From Sedimentisphaeraceae bacterium JB056 (GTDB lineage: Bacteria; Planctomycetota; Phycisphaerae; Sedimentisphaerales; Sedimentisphaeraceae), in contig JBITAJ010000009.1 in the NCBI GenBank assembly GCA_044440125.1, forward strand, positions 18,952 through 82,951: a stretch of DNA of 64,000 nucleotides, written 5' to 3'. The translations under genes and the position numbers were made by a program. Shown here piece after piece: positions 19,519 through 29,468 of this stretch. Each line of letters begins with the position of its first letter. Within the stretch, counting starts at the first letter, position 1. The notes below the pieces were generated by a model that was not told where the DNA came from, did not search any database, and saw only the letters and a list, made by a program, of their open reading frames with translations.

Positions 19519-20613
19519 TCACAATAATTCGATTATCCGGTCAGAAATAAATTTTGAGGCATTATTTCTATCGGTATTTCTTAGAGCAACAGTCATAGAG
19601 TTGATTTTGCCGGCATCTGAGAGCAAAGGATTCAACGCCAGCCAGAGTTCTTCAGAGGTCTTGCAGTAATCATCTTTATGATCTGTTGCTATTACAGCAG
19701 TTCCAAGTTTCTCCATCTCCATCGCATTCAATCGTTGATGCTGGTCGGCATGGTATGGATAAGGCAAGCAAACTGCGGGTGTGCAGGTAGCGATAAACTC
19801 CGCCACGCTTACAGCACCGCATCGACCTATCACGAGATCGCAAGCAGTCAAAAGCTGCGGCATATCATCACAATACTCCAGAACACAAGCCTTAATGCCA
19901 CCCTTCTCATAAGATTGCTGAAGATCACCAGCTTTACCTTTGCCGCTGAGGTGTACTACCTGCCAATTGTCCTTGAACTCAGAAAGCTTATCAATGAGAT
20001 GCTTCATAGCCATATTAATGTTATGAGCACCACTGGATGCGCCCGTTACAAGCAAGGTTTTCTTTTCGGGATCAAGAGAAAGGTCATTTAGGATATTACC
20101 AGCATTCGGACTGTCAAAATCACTTCTCAATGGACAACCGCAAGCAAAAATTTCAAATTTACCGCTTCCGAATTTGTCTTTGGTGCTTTCGAACTGCACA
20201 AATATCTTTGAAGCAAGTCTTGCCAGCTTTCTGTTGGCCGTACCCGGAACAATGTCAACATTTATAAACATAAGCGGCTTACCAAGAAACTTAGCCGCCA
20301 CAACGACCGGAGCAGCTACAAACCCTCCAACTCCGACAACCACGCAGTTGCGTGTTTTCAACATCTCAGTACATGCTCTGAAAAAACTTATCACAAAACA
20401 CAACAGAAATACCGGATTGATGCTGAGAGGACGTGCCGCAAGCGGAATATAACGATAATCGGTTTTTTGCAGTATCGAACTGTCTACCGGTCTTTTACTG
20501 CAAAAGAAACAGACGTCAATATCTTTTGGAAGTTTCTGGGCAACAGCCAGTGCCGGATAGATGTGCCCGCCCGTTCCGCCGCCTGCAAAAAAAACACTTT
20601 TTTTCTTACTCAT
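19519..20613 (-). CDS. murG: UDP-GlcNAc:lipid I N-acetylglucosaminyltransferase
   Basis: FAGGGTGGHIYPALAVA, GGFVAAP, TGASSGA, GRCGAVSVAE, PYPYHADQHQRLNA. Confidence 0.93.
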   Translation of the reverse strand: MSKKKSVFFAGGGTGGHIYPALAVAQKLPKDIDVCFFCSKRPVDSSILQKTDYRYIPLAARPLSINPVFLLCFVISFFRACTEMLKTRNCVVVGVGGFVAAPVVVAAKFLGKPLMFINVDIVPGTANRKLARLASKIFVQFESTKDKFGSGKFEIFACGCPLRSDFDSPNAGNILNDLSLDPEKKTLLVTGASSGAHNINMAMKHLIDKLSEFKDNWQVVHLSGKGKAGDLQQSYEKGGIKACVLEYCDDMPQLLTACDLVIGRCGAVSVAEFIATCTPAVCLPYPYHADQHQRLNAMEMEKLGTAVIATDHKDDYCKTSEELWLALNPLLSDAGKINSMTVALRNTDRNNASKFISDRIIELL

Positions 20614-21904
20614 CTACCGGCTCCATTAATCCAATATCCTGTCTTGCGGTTTTTCTTGCTATGTTCATAAGCAACCCCACCGCAAGAGATGAGGCCAAAA
20701 GACTTGAACCGCCTGCACTTACAAATGGCAGGGGTATTCCGGTGGTTGGCAGCGATGATGTTACAACACCGATATTAACGAATGCCTGAAGACATATCGC
20801 ACAGGAGAGCCCGACCGCAAGCACCTTGCCAAGCGGATCACGACACTTTATAGCAATAATGAAACCAAGCATGAGCATCAATATAAACAGCAATATCACG
20901 AAACCCGCACCTACAACACCTATTTCTTCGCATATAATTGAAAAAATAAAGTCGGTCTTATCCTCGGGTACATATCCCCATTTATACACACCTCTGCCGA
21001 GACCTTTACCAAACACTCCACCGGTACTTATCGCAGTCATTGAATTTACAATCTGGTATTTTATTGCTTCGGTGGCCTTTTCCAGGTCCATAAAAGCTAT
21101 TATCCTGTTCATTCGGTATTGTTCCTGACTGATATAGTAATATGAACCGGCAATACCAACAACCGTACCCGTAAACAATTGCCAATATGGAGTTTGCGCA
21201 ACAACCAGCATTAGAAACATTACCATTGCAATAAATGCTGCCGTACCAAAATCTTCTATCGCTATCAAGGCTACATAGAAACCGGGAACGGCAAAGAAAG
21301 GAATTATCAGCAAGGTCTGCCTAATCGACTTTCTAAGGGTCAAATCACCTTTGAAAAGTCTTATGACGGCTTTTATTATACCGTAAATTGTAAATTTTCT
21401 TAATATATGGCCGAAATGTACGATATAAGCAGCTTCAAAAAAAACAACTGCAAGCTTAATCAATTCCGAAGGCTGCATTCTTATCTCAAATTTGCTGCCT
21501 TCGAACAATATCAGCCATCTTCGCGAAGCATTGATCGCCCTCACCGGCCCTAAAAGCACGTAAAGCAATGCGGCAGCTACAATTATCATAAATACTGGTA
21601 GAATAGAATATCTCACCAATCTGCAAAAGGCTCTGAAACGGCCTATTGAGCCCTGCCCCAACAAAGATTTCACGCTTTCATAAAACTCTTCGCGAGTTGG
21701 GAAATTAAACCATTCATATGGAATCAGGCTGAAAACAAGAACGGCAATAACACCGCCAAATGAAAAATACACACGCCTGAAACTGAATTCATTGCTCACA
21801 TTTGCCTGAGCTGAGCATACAAATACAATCCCTATCCCGATAAGCACAAAGGCTATCATCGCTAAAAACTGGCCGTAATCTATACTCTTCTTTTCCATAA
21901 GCAT
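20606..21904 (-). CDS. ftsW: SEDS family peptidoglycan polymerase FtsW/RodA
   Basis: INASRRW, MQPSELIK, EDFGT, PEDKTDFIFSIICEEIG, LPTTGIPLPFVSAGGSS; lies directly upstream of murG. Confidence 0.88.
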   Translation of the reverse strand: MLMEKKSIDYGQFLAMIAFVLIGIGIVFVCSAQANVSNEFSFRRVYFSFGGVIAVLVFSLIPYEWFNFPTREEFYESVKSLLGQGSIGRFRAFCRLVRYSILPVFMIIVAAALLYVLLGPVRAINASRRWLILFEGSKFEIRMQPSELIKLAVVFFEAAYIVHFGHILRKFTIYGIIKAVIRLFKGDLTLRKSIRQTLLIIPFFAVPGFYVALIAIEDFGTAAFIAMVMFLMLVVAQTPYWQLFTGTVVGIAGSYYYISQEQYRMNRIIAFMDLEKATEAIKYQIVNSMTAISTGGVFGKGLGRGVYKWGYVPEDKTDFIFSIICEEIGVVGAGFVILLFILMLMLGFIIAIKCRDPLGKVLAVGLSCAICLQAFVNIGVVTSSLPTTGIPLPFVSAGGSSLLASSLAVGLLMNIARKTARQDIGLMEPVDE

Positions 21905-21919
21905 CCATGCCTACTAATA

Positions 21920-22318
21920 TTACGAACTTTTATTCTTTTTATACTTGTGATAGGCGCTTCCCTGAAGCACGGCTATGACATTGCCGTTATCATCGGTTAC
22001 CGTTGAGTGATATGTTGACAATGTCCTGCCGACATTAACCGGCTTGGCCGCAGCATAAAGACAACCTGAAGAAACGTTGGATATATAGTTTATCGAACTG
22101 CCGACACCAACACTGATCGCATCATCTTTAGAGCTATCGTTAGCCGCTAAAGCCAATGCCCAGACAGCCAAAGAATATATAGCTCCACCATGAACAATAC
22201 CTGCCCCGTTGAGAATTTCCTGACGAACCGGCATTTTAGCTCTGGCTATTCCATCTTTGACTTCAACGATCTCAAGGCCCAGATGTTTTGCAAAATTGTC
22301 ATTATCAAAAGGATTCAT
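21920..22318 (-). CDS. PaaI family hotdog-fold thioesterase
   Basis: FAKHLG, LNGAGIVHGGAIYSLA. Confidence 0.85.
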   Translation of the reverse strand: MNPFDNDNFAKHLGLEIVEVKDGIARAKMPVRQEILNGAGIVHGGAIYSLAVWALALAANDSSKDDAISVGVGSSINYISNVSSGCLYAAAKPVNVGRTLSTYHSTVTDDNGNVIAVLQGSAYHKYKKNKSS

Positions 22319-22579
22319 GCAAATATTATAAACCATGACGCAAAAAAGACAAGAATAACATCACCTAACTTTTGGCTTCAATTAATTTTAGAGGAGCTAA
22401 AATGATTTTTATCTTCACTTTTTTCATCCAAATTGCTATAATCCTGTTTCTTTACGGCAGAACACAGGGAAAAATTGGGGGTAATTTTGCTGTAAATCGT
22501 CGTGCGGCATCTTTTTATAGAGGCCGGTAGAGTGGTTAAAAGGTTAATTGTTTTATTTTATTCAGGAGTTACTTAAAAA

Positions 22580-23983
22580 ATGGAAAAAAGATTGATTGTT
22601 GTATTGTGTTGTTTATTTATTGCCGTAGGCATTTCAACTGCAGAAGAGTCATCCAGCCCTTCCCTGCATGACCTCCAAACAAAGATAACTGAGTACAAAA
22701 GAACGTTCACTCCTTATGGCGATATTCGTCTTCGTCATACATACGGCGATGAATGGTTTCTAAACGACAAAGTTCAAGAAGGTAATTGGAATTTCGCAAG
22801 ATACCGCGTTCGTGTGGGTGAAAAGATAGAGTTAGATGAGAATATGATGTTCGATGTAAGGCTCACATGGGAATTCAGGTCATGGGATGATCCTACCGGG
22901 CCGGGTAAAGCCAGCCATATGGATGGAGATGAAGCTATATTCGACATTATGAATTTAACAGTCAAAAATCTCTTTGATGCACCTATTACCGGTAAGTTTG
23001 GTCGTCAGGATATGTTCATGAATAAGTGGCTTATTATTGACGGCACACCTTTTGATGGTTCAAGAACATGTTATTTTGATGCCGCAAAACTGACTTTTGA
23101 CTTTGACGATTCGGCAACTAAAGTTGACCTTGTATACATCGACCAGGCGGCTGCTACTGAGGACAGACTCAGACCAATTGGAAATGAAAATGGTTATGTC
23201 ACAGAGCAGGATGAAACAGCCGTAATCCTTTACCTGACAAACAAGTCTATTGCAGACACTACTCTTGAAGGTTACTTCATTTACAAAAATGACAATCCTA
23301 TTGATGATTCCCCTGCTGATACGCTGTCAAAGGCTCTGCCTCCAACATGGAGCAAGAAGGCTGAAATATTCACTTTTGGTGGTGCAGTAAGTGGTCATAT
23401 TGATGCTAACTGGAGCTATAGAGTTGAAGGCGCTATCCAGACAGGCGACAAAGATGAGAACAATGACGGCAACACATCAAGCATGAGAGCTTACGGTTCA
23501 AACAACTCATTGGCTTACAATTTCAATGATGACAAGAAGAGCCAGCTCCGCCTCGAGTACGAATTCCTTTCAGGTGACAACGATAAGACAGACGGCGAAG
23601 TTCATGGCTTCGATCCACTCTGGGGCGAATATCCAAGATTCTCTGAGCTGTATGCATATACATACGCTTTTGAATCATCTATAGGTGAACTGACAAACCT
23701 CCACAGAGTTGGCTGCTTCTACGACCTCTCTCCAATGGAAAATGTCAAGCTTCAAAATGGTTACAACCTTATGTGGGCTGATGAAACAAACTCTGTAGCA
23801 GGAAGAACAGACGGCGGAGGCAATTTCCGCGGTCAGCTTTTTACAGCAAGACTAATGTATCAGATGACAAAGAACCTTTCAGCCAGAGTAGATGCTGAAT
23901 ATTTCATTCCAGGCGATTTCTACAATGATAATCGTCAGGAAGAAGCAACTTTCCTTCGCGGACAAATCATGTACTCATTCTAA
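22580..23983 (+). CDS. Outer-membrane beta-barrel, alginate-export family
   Basis: Signal peptide, GDIRLR, KFGRQD, EYEFLSGD...FDPLWG, C-terminal Phe (IMYSF). Confidence 0.75.
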   Translation: MEKRLIVVLCCLFIAVGISTAEESSSPSLHDLQTKITEYKRTFTPYGDIRLRHTYGDEWFLNDKVQEGNWNFARYRVRVGEKIELDENMMFDVRLTWEFRSWDDPTGPGKASHMDGDEAIFDIMNLTVKNLFDAPITGKFGRQDMFMNKWLIIDGTPFDGSRTCYFDAAKLTFDFDDSATKVDLVYIDQAAATEDRLRPIGNENGYVTEQDETAVILYLTNKSIADTTLEGYFIYKNDNPIDDSPADTLSKALPPTWSKKAEIFTFGGAVSGHIDANWSYRVEGAIQTGDKDENNDGNTSSMRAYGSNNSLAYNFNDDKKSQLRLEYEFLSGDNDKTDGEVHGFDPLWGEYPRFSELYAYTYAFESSIGELTNLHRVGCFYDLSPMENVKLQNGYNLMWADETNSVAGRTDGGGNFRGQLFTARLMYQMTKNLSARVDAEYFIPGDFYNDNRQEEATFLRGQIMYSF

Positions 23984-24009
23984 TCTGATATAATTAATTC
24001 GATTTTCTT

Positions 24010-24051
24010 CAACGCCGATAAGCCGTAATCACGGTTTGTCGGCGTTGTTTT
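24010..24051 (+). terminator. Intrinsic terminator
   Basis: CAACGCCGATAAGCCGT-aatc-ACGGTTTGTCGGCGTTG followed by Ts. Confidence 0.75.
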
Positions 24052-24179
24052 AATTAGCAAATTATACTCTGCAAATCCCGCTTTTAAGTAAAATATACGA
24101 TTAAAATTTGAAATCTGAAACAAAAATCCCATAATAAACAGCTAAAACTGGTTTAAACCTCAAGGAGATTAAAACGCTT

Positions 24180-25589
24180 ATGAAAAGCAAAATAGTACTG
24201 GCAATATTATGTTGTGTGTTTATGGCAAATGCTGCAACCCCTGAAGAACTGGAAAAAGAGAATGAGCTTCTAAAAGCACGTGTAGAAAAACTGGAAAATG
24301 ACATCGCTCAAATCAAAGAAATGCTGATGACACAGAATTCTGCAGCAACTGTTGAGAAAGCAGAGATTACCGCAAAAGAAACATCAGTTGAAAAAACAAT
24401 CGCCAAAGATCAGAAATCCGCAGCAATTGAAAAACTCAACAACGAAACAATAGAAAAGCTTCTGGCATTAGCAGATGAAAAGCCTGTAGAAAGAGAAGTT
24501 AAACCTTCTGATATTGACTTAGATATCTATGGTTTCATGCGTTACGACATGGCTTATGACAACTCGGATGTGCAAAGTTTCTTTGGCGGAGCAGGTAACG
24601 GGTGGGCTCTTCCGGAAAACATGGATAACAACGATGACAGTTTTGAATCAACCGCAAGAGTAAGTCGTTTCGGAATCAAAGCTCAATGCGAATCAGAAAA
24701 CGGCATGCTCGTCAACGGCGTCATTGAAGTTGACTTCTGCGGTGGAGGCTCTGAATCTTCATCAGAATTAAGAATGAGGCACGGCTACGTAAAACTCGAT
24801 TGGCCAGACAGCGGTTTCTCACTGCTCGCAGGCCAGACATGGGACGTAATATCTCCTCTCTATCCTACCATGGTTGACGCAGCAGTGGGCTGGTTCAGCG
24901 GTAATATCGGATTCAGACGTCCGCAGCTTCGTTTAACACAAATCTGCCAATTGAATGAAGATTCTTCACTTGAGTTGACAGGAGCAATCAGCCGCCCCGC
25001 TGACGACTCTACTTACCCAACAGGTACAAGCAGCGGCCCTGACTCAGGACAGCCTAACGTTCAGAGCCGAATAGCTTTGACCGCACCAATGTTCTTTAAT
25101 AAGAAGGCAACACTTGGCCTCTCAGGACATTTCGGCAAAGATGAACACGACTTCAATACAGGCGGAGACGAAGAACAAGAAAGCTGGTCTTTCAACGTAG
25201 ATTTCGCACAGCCAATAAATGAGCAGTTCACATTCAAAGGCGAATTCTTTACCGGAGACAACCTTGACAGCTATCTTGGCGGAATCAACCAGGGCGTAAA
25301 CAGAACAACGCTTGAAGAGATTGAGAGTGTCGGCGGCTGGGCAAGCATTTGCTACAAGCCTCTCAAGAAATGGCTGTTCAACGTTGGAGTGGCTATAGAG
25401 GACCTCAACAGCGAGGACCTCAATACTGGCGACAGGGAATACAACCAGAGTACCTTCGCCAACTGCATCTACCTACTCGACAAACACGTATCAACAGGTC
25501 TGGAACTGCAGCACAACCGAACAGAATACAAGGATTCAACCAACGGCAACAGTACACGTGCCCAGATGATGATAATGTACAGTTTCTAA
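24180..25589 (+). CDS. DcaP-like outer-membrane porin with N-terminal coiled coil
   Basis: Signal peptide, coiled coil, IYGFMRYD, SRFG, IEVDF, RMRHGY, LLAGQTW, C-terminal MYSF. Confidence 0.75.
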   Translation: MKSKIVLAILCCVFMANAATPEELEKENELLKARVEKLENDIAQIKEMLMTQNSAATVEKAEITAKETSVEKTIAKDQKSAAIEKLNNETIEKLLALADEKPVEREVKPSDIDLDIYGFMRYDMAYDNSDVQSFFGGAGNGWALPENMDNNDDSFESTARVSRFGIKAQCESENGMLVNGVIEVDFCGGGSESSSELRMRHGYVKLDWPDSGFSLLAGQTWDVISPLYPTMVDAAVGWFSGNIGFRRPQLRLTQICQLNEDSSLELTGAISRPADDSTYPTGTSSGPDSGQPNVQSRIALTAPMFFNKKATLGLSGHFGKDEHDFNTGGDEEQESWSFNVDFAQPINEQFTFKGEFFTGDNLDSYLGGINQGVNRTTLEEIESVGGWASICYKPLKKWLFNVGVAIEDLNSEDLNTGDREYNQSTFANCIYLLDKHVSTGLELQHNRTEYKDSTNGNSTRAQMMIMYSF

Positions 25590-25612
25590 ATAAAGCTTTT
25601 GAATACAAGCTG

Positions 25613-25650
25613 AAAAAGGCCGTCATATAATAAAATATGACGGCCTTTTT
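25613..25650. terminator. Bidirectional intrinsic terminator
   Basis: AAAAAGGCCGTCATAT...ATATGACGGCCTTTTT between convergent genes. Confidence 0.85.
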
Positions 25651-25665
25651 ATTTCCAAAATTCAT

Positions 25666-26247
25666 TTATCTGTAGTACTCAGGCTGTCCCAGCGGGAACT
25701 GAGCAAGGAGCGTATATTTTGCCCCGAACTTGGTCAGCTCGCTTTTGTAAAGCTCGATCGACCTCACCGCCATCGCCCCAAAAGGATAACGTCCGAGAGT
25801 AACGGCTATATCCTTAACGTACTTGCCAGCCTTTGGATCTTTGATTCTGGCAAGGGTTATATGAGGTGAAAACTTCTTTTTCTCAGTGTAGAATCCTGCC
25901 GGGCCAAGCACCTCGACCAACTGCCTGTGGAGAAGCTCAAGCTGCTCATTGCCGTCACGCAAAGCAGCCCATATAACTCTCGCACTTCTTCCGAAAGCCC
26001 TTACACCTTCAACTTTCATCCTGAAGGGTTTCGTCCGCTCAGCAATGGGATCAACAAGATCACATATTTCCTGCAAACTGTTCTCAGGTACTTCACCAAG
26101 AAAAGCGAGGGTTGAATGGCATTCATCAGGAAATACCCAATTTATATCATTACGGAATCTCGTAGTCTCGAGCTTCATCTTCGACTGAAAATCCCGTATA
26201 TTCTCCTGAATCTTTTCATCCATACTGACTGCAATAAAAGTGCGCAT
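25666..26247 (-). CDS. thpR: RNA 2',3'-cyclic phosphodiesterase (2H family)
   Basis: MRTFIAV start and two HxT motifs (HSTLAFLG, PHITLAR). Confidence 0.92.
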   Translation of the reverse strand: MRTFIAVSMDEKIQENIRDFQSKMKLETTRFRNDINWVFPDECHSTLAFLGEVPENSLQEICDLVDPIAERTKPFRMKVEGVRAFGRSARVIWAALRDGNEQLELLHRQLVEVLGPAGFYTEKKKFSPHITLARIKDPKAGKYVKDIAVTLGRYPFGAMAVRSIELYKSELTKFGAKYTLLAQFPLGQPEYYR

Positions 26248-26272
26248 TCTACTTCCTTATAAAATAAAACGA

Positions 26273-27001
26273 TCAGCCTTTTTCAAGCTTCGTAGCTCTT
26301 CTTAGGTATGATATCTGACGCCCTGTAAGAGGTTTATAATTCCCAACTCCAATACCTTTAAGGGTTATAACACCTATCTGGCTTCGTTTAAGTTTCTTAA
26401 CCTTGAGTCCTACGCGAGCAAACATTCTTCTGACCTGCCTGTTACGCCCCTGCCTAATCGTCATTTCTATAAGAGACTCTTGCGGTCCTTTTTTCAAAAC
26501 TTTAATAGAAGAACGCTCGGTTTTACCTTCCGAAAGCCATACACCTCGCTTAAGCTTATCAAGAACCTCAGCATTAACCACACCCTTTACAAGAACCTCA
26601 TATGTTTTGGGGAGTTCATACCGCGGATGAGTAAGCCTGTTTGCAAGCTCATTATCATTTGTCAGAATTATTGCGCCAGTGGTATCGGCATCAAGCCTGC
26701 CAACACAAAAAACACGCTGTTTGACAGAAACTATGTCCAAAACCTTCTTGCGTCCATAAGGATCACTGCTTGTGCAAATAAAGCCTTTTGGTTTATTCAA
26801 GAGAAAATAAACCTTGCTTTCTTTCTCTATTTTACGGCCGTTAACTTTGATCACGTCCTTTTCGGGGTCAGCAAATGCGGGCAACTCATTAACCATTATA
26901 TTGTTAACACTTACCACACCTTCGAGAATCATTTCCTCGCATTTGCGACGGGACGCAACCCCTGCGGCCGCCATAATTCTTTGTAATCTTGTTTTTGCCA
27001 T
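26273..27001 (-). CDS. RsuA/RluB family pseudouridine synthase
   Basis: S4 domain (RLQRIMAAAGVASRR), LNKPKG, VGRLDADT, GRNRQVRRM. Confidence 0.93.
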   Translation of the reverse strand: MAKTRLQRIMAAAGVASRRKCEEMILEGVVSVNNIMVNELPAFADPEKDVIKVNGRKIEKESKVYFLLNKPKGFICTSSDPYGRKKVLDIVSVKQRVFCVGRLDADTTGAIILTNDNELANRLTHPRYELPKTYEVLVKGVVNAEVLDKLKRGVWLSEGKTERSSIKVLKKGPQESLIEMTIRQGRNRQVRRMFARVGLKVKKLKRSQIGVITLKGIGVGNYKPLTGRQISYLRRATKLEKG

Positions 27002-27227
27002 ATATCTCTATTTATGATCAATAATAAAAACGATATTTTCCGCTTTTTCTACAGACAACGAGTCTTTAAGCGGTTCTTAACCGTTGATTGAACCCGGTAG
27101 TATAACAGCAAGTACAAAATTAGTCAAATTGTTTTGGTTTGGCTGGTATGTTATTGTTGATATTGATAGCGGCAAGGCTATAATCTTAAGATTGAATATC
27201 AATATTATTGAATAAGAGAGTTTAAGA

Positions 27228-28094
27228 ATGAAAACTACAATTTTAAGCATAGTAATGATAGTTTTGTGCAACACAGTATTCTCTGAAATAACTCCTGACA
27301 AGATAATTGACTACAAGTCGGTTGGAGATGTAACATTAAAAATGAGCATATTCAACCCTGAAAGCCACAAAGAATCGGACCAGAAACCGGCAATAGTCTT
27401 CTTTTCCGGCGGCGGATGGGTTAAATGGAGTCCGGATCAGTTCTTCCGTCAATGTGAATATCTCGCATCAAGGGGTATGGTTGCCATCTACGCTGAATAC
27501 AGAACCCAAAATCATTACGGCGGTTCACCTAAGGAATGCGTAAAAGACGGCAAATCAGCAATGAGATGGATAAGAAGCCACGCAAAAGAACTCGGCATCA
27601 ATCCTGATATGATAGCCGCAGGAGGAGGTTCGGCAGGCGGGCATGTCGCGGCAGCTACCGCAACCTTGAGCGGTTTCAATGAAGATGGTGAAGATACATC
27701 TGTAAGCTGCAAGCCCAATGCACTGGTATTGTTCAACCCAGTATTTGACAACAGCGTCGATGGGTACGGATACGACAGAGTGCAAGAATACTGGAAAGAG
27801 TTTTCACCGATGCACAATATTGACGAAAATACTCCTGCAACAATAGTGTTTCTGGGTACAAAGGACAAACTGATACCTGTAGAAACAGCAGAAAAATACA
27901 AAAAGATAATGGAAAAAGCCGGCAATCGATGCGAGTTATTTCTCTATAAAGATCAGACGCACGGTTTCTTCAACCATGATAGATACTACGAGACACTTTT
28001 AGAAGCGGACAAATTCCTTACATCGCTTGGATACCTCAAGGGTGAACCTACCATAAAAAAAGAAAATTCAACTGAGCAGAAGGGTCAATCCTGA
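27228..28094 (+). CDS. Secreted alpha/beta hydrolase (esterase)
   Basis: Signal peptide, SGGGW, GGSAGG nucleophile motif, GTKD, HGFFN. Confidence 0.88.
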   Translation: MKTTILSIVMIVLCNTVFSEITPDKIIDYKSVGDVTLKMSIFNPESHKESDQKPAIVFFSGGGWVKWSPDQFFRQCEYLASRGMVAIYAEYRTQNHYGGSPKECVKDGKSAMRWIRSHAKELGINPDMIAAGGGSAGGHVAAATATLSGFNEDGEDTSVSCKPNALVLFNPVFDNSVDGYGYDRVQEYWKEFSPMHNIDENTPATIVFLGTKDKLIPVETAEKYKKIMEKAGNRCELFLYKDQTHGFFNHDRYYETLLEADKFLTSLGYLKGEPTIKKENSTEQKGQS

Positions 28095-28555
28095 TCGTAA
28101 TCAACATATTTCGAACGTTTTCTGAAATACTTGCTTACAGGATGGAAAACAAGCAATGAAAGTGCGGCAAAAACCGTCGCTATGGCCGCTATGACATAAT
28201 GACCTGAACCGCATGCAACACCCACACTTGCAACCAACCAGATGCCGGCCGCGGTGGTAAGACCTTGAATGCCGCCTCTGTCGCGTATTATTGCACCGGC
28301 ACCGAGAAAGCCGACACCGCTTACGATTTGAGATATTATTCTGGTCGGCTCCGAGCCGGTTTCCTTTGCTATCATCATAGAAAGTACCGTAAAAAGAGCA
28401 GCTCCCATACATATCAATATATTTGTACGCAATCCGGCAGCCTTGCCGCTAAGCTCTCTCTCTATCCCTATTATTGCACCAAAGACCATAGCAAGAGCCA
28501 AAGATGCGACTACATGCCAGAATTCTCCAGAAAATAATACAACAGATATACACAT
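28085..28555 (-). CDS. MgtC/SapB family membrane protein
   Basis: IGIERE...AGLRTN, RIISQIVSGVGFLGAG, GLTTAAGIW. Confidence 0.92.
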   Translation of the reverse strand: MCISVVLFSGEFWHVVASLALAMVFGAIIGIERELSGKAAGLRTNILICMGAALFTVLSMMIAKETGSEPTRIISQIVSGVGFLGAGAIIRDRGGIQGLTTAAGIWLVASVGVACGSGHYVIAAIATVFAALSLLVFHPVSKYFRKRSKYVDYDQD

Positions 28556-28652
28556 GTCAGTTACCAGTTATAAATATCGGCTCACGCCATTAATTAAGTT
28601 TGCATTACCCAAAGTAGCCATATCTCTATAAACTACTGGTTTTATACGTTAA

Positions 28653-29450
28653 TTACCAGCCGCCACTGGAGCCGCCGCCGCCGAAACCACCGCCGCCGCC
28701 ACCGCCAAATCCGCCGCCGCCGAAGCCGCCACCGAAGCCGCCACCTCCAAAACTGCCGCCACTGCCGCCAAAACCACGTGAATAATATCGACGTCGATGA
28801 TTCCTGTGGCCTGAAAGTCCAAAAAGCAGGAACCAGAAAAAACCACCTCTCCCACCCAGACTAAAGAGTATAATAAGGATAAAAATTATTGTACTGAAAA
28901 TACTGCTAATAGTTTTGTTGCCTGGTCTTGATGATGAAAGCTTTTTTGGTATTCCTGTCAAGTTAACATTATACGACTTAGCAATTCGATCAATCACTTT
29001 TGCATTGGCAAGATATATACCGGTACTGTAATCCCCTTTTCTGGCATAAGGCGTTATATATTCTCGCCCCACACCGCCTGAATATGAGTCAGTAATAACA
29101 CCTTCGAGTCCATAGCCTACTTCAAATCTGAATTTCCTGTCATTAAGCGAGATAACAAACAACATGCCATTATCCTGTTTCGCCTGACCAAGCTTCCACT
29201 GCTCGGCAAGCTCGATACTGTACATATCTATCGGAACGCCATTGAGACTGGTAACAGTAAGTATAATATACTGCACTCCGGTCTTCTGCTCGAGTTCCTT
29301 CAGAAGACCATTAAGCTTAGATTCGATACTACTGTCTATGATATTTGCCTTATCCTCAACGTAATTTCGTGGCACAGGCATACTTACTTTGGCTAAAGCA
29401 AGCGATGCAAAAAGCAAGAGAATAAGAAAGGACTTCGCGAAAATTTTCAT
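28653..29450 (-). CDS. TPM-domain protein with Gly-rich tail
   Basis: YVEDKANII, WKLG...DNG, FEVGYGLEG.ITD, a TM helix, and a GGGFGGGGSSGGW tail. Confidence 0.92.
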   Translation of the reverse strand: MKIFAKSFLILLLFASLALAKVSMPVPRNYVEDKANIIDSSIESKLNGLLKELEQKTGVQYIILTVTSLNGVPIDMYSIELAEQWKLGQAKQDNGMLFVISLNDRKFRFEVGYGLEGVITDSYSGGVGREYITPYARKGDYSTGIYLANAKVIDRIAKSYNVNLTGIPKKLSSSRPGNKTISSIFSTIIFILIILFSLGGRGGFFWFLLFGLSGHRNHRRRYYSRGFGGSGGSFGGGGFGGGFGGGGFGGGGGGGFGGGGSSGGW

Positions 29451-29468
29451 ATCAAACCTTCCTTACAA

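Noticed and set aside
28660..28775. GC-rich CCGCCG tandem repeats
   Set aside because: They simply encode the Gly-rich tail of the TPM protein.
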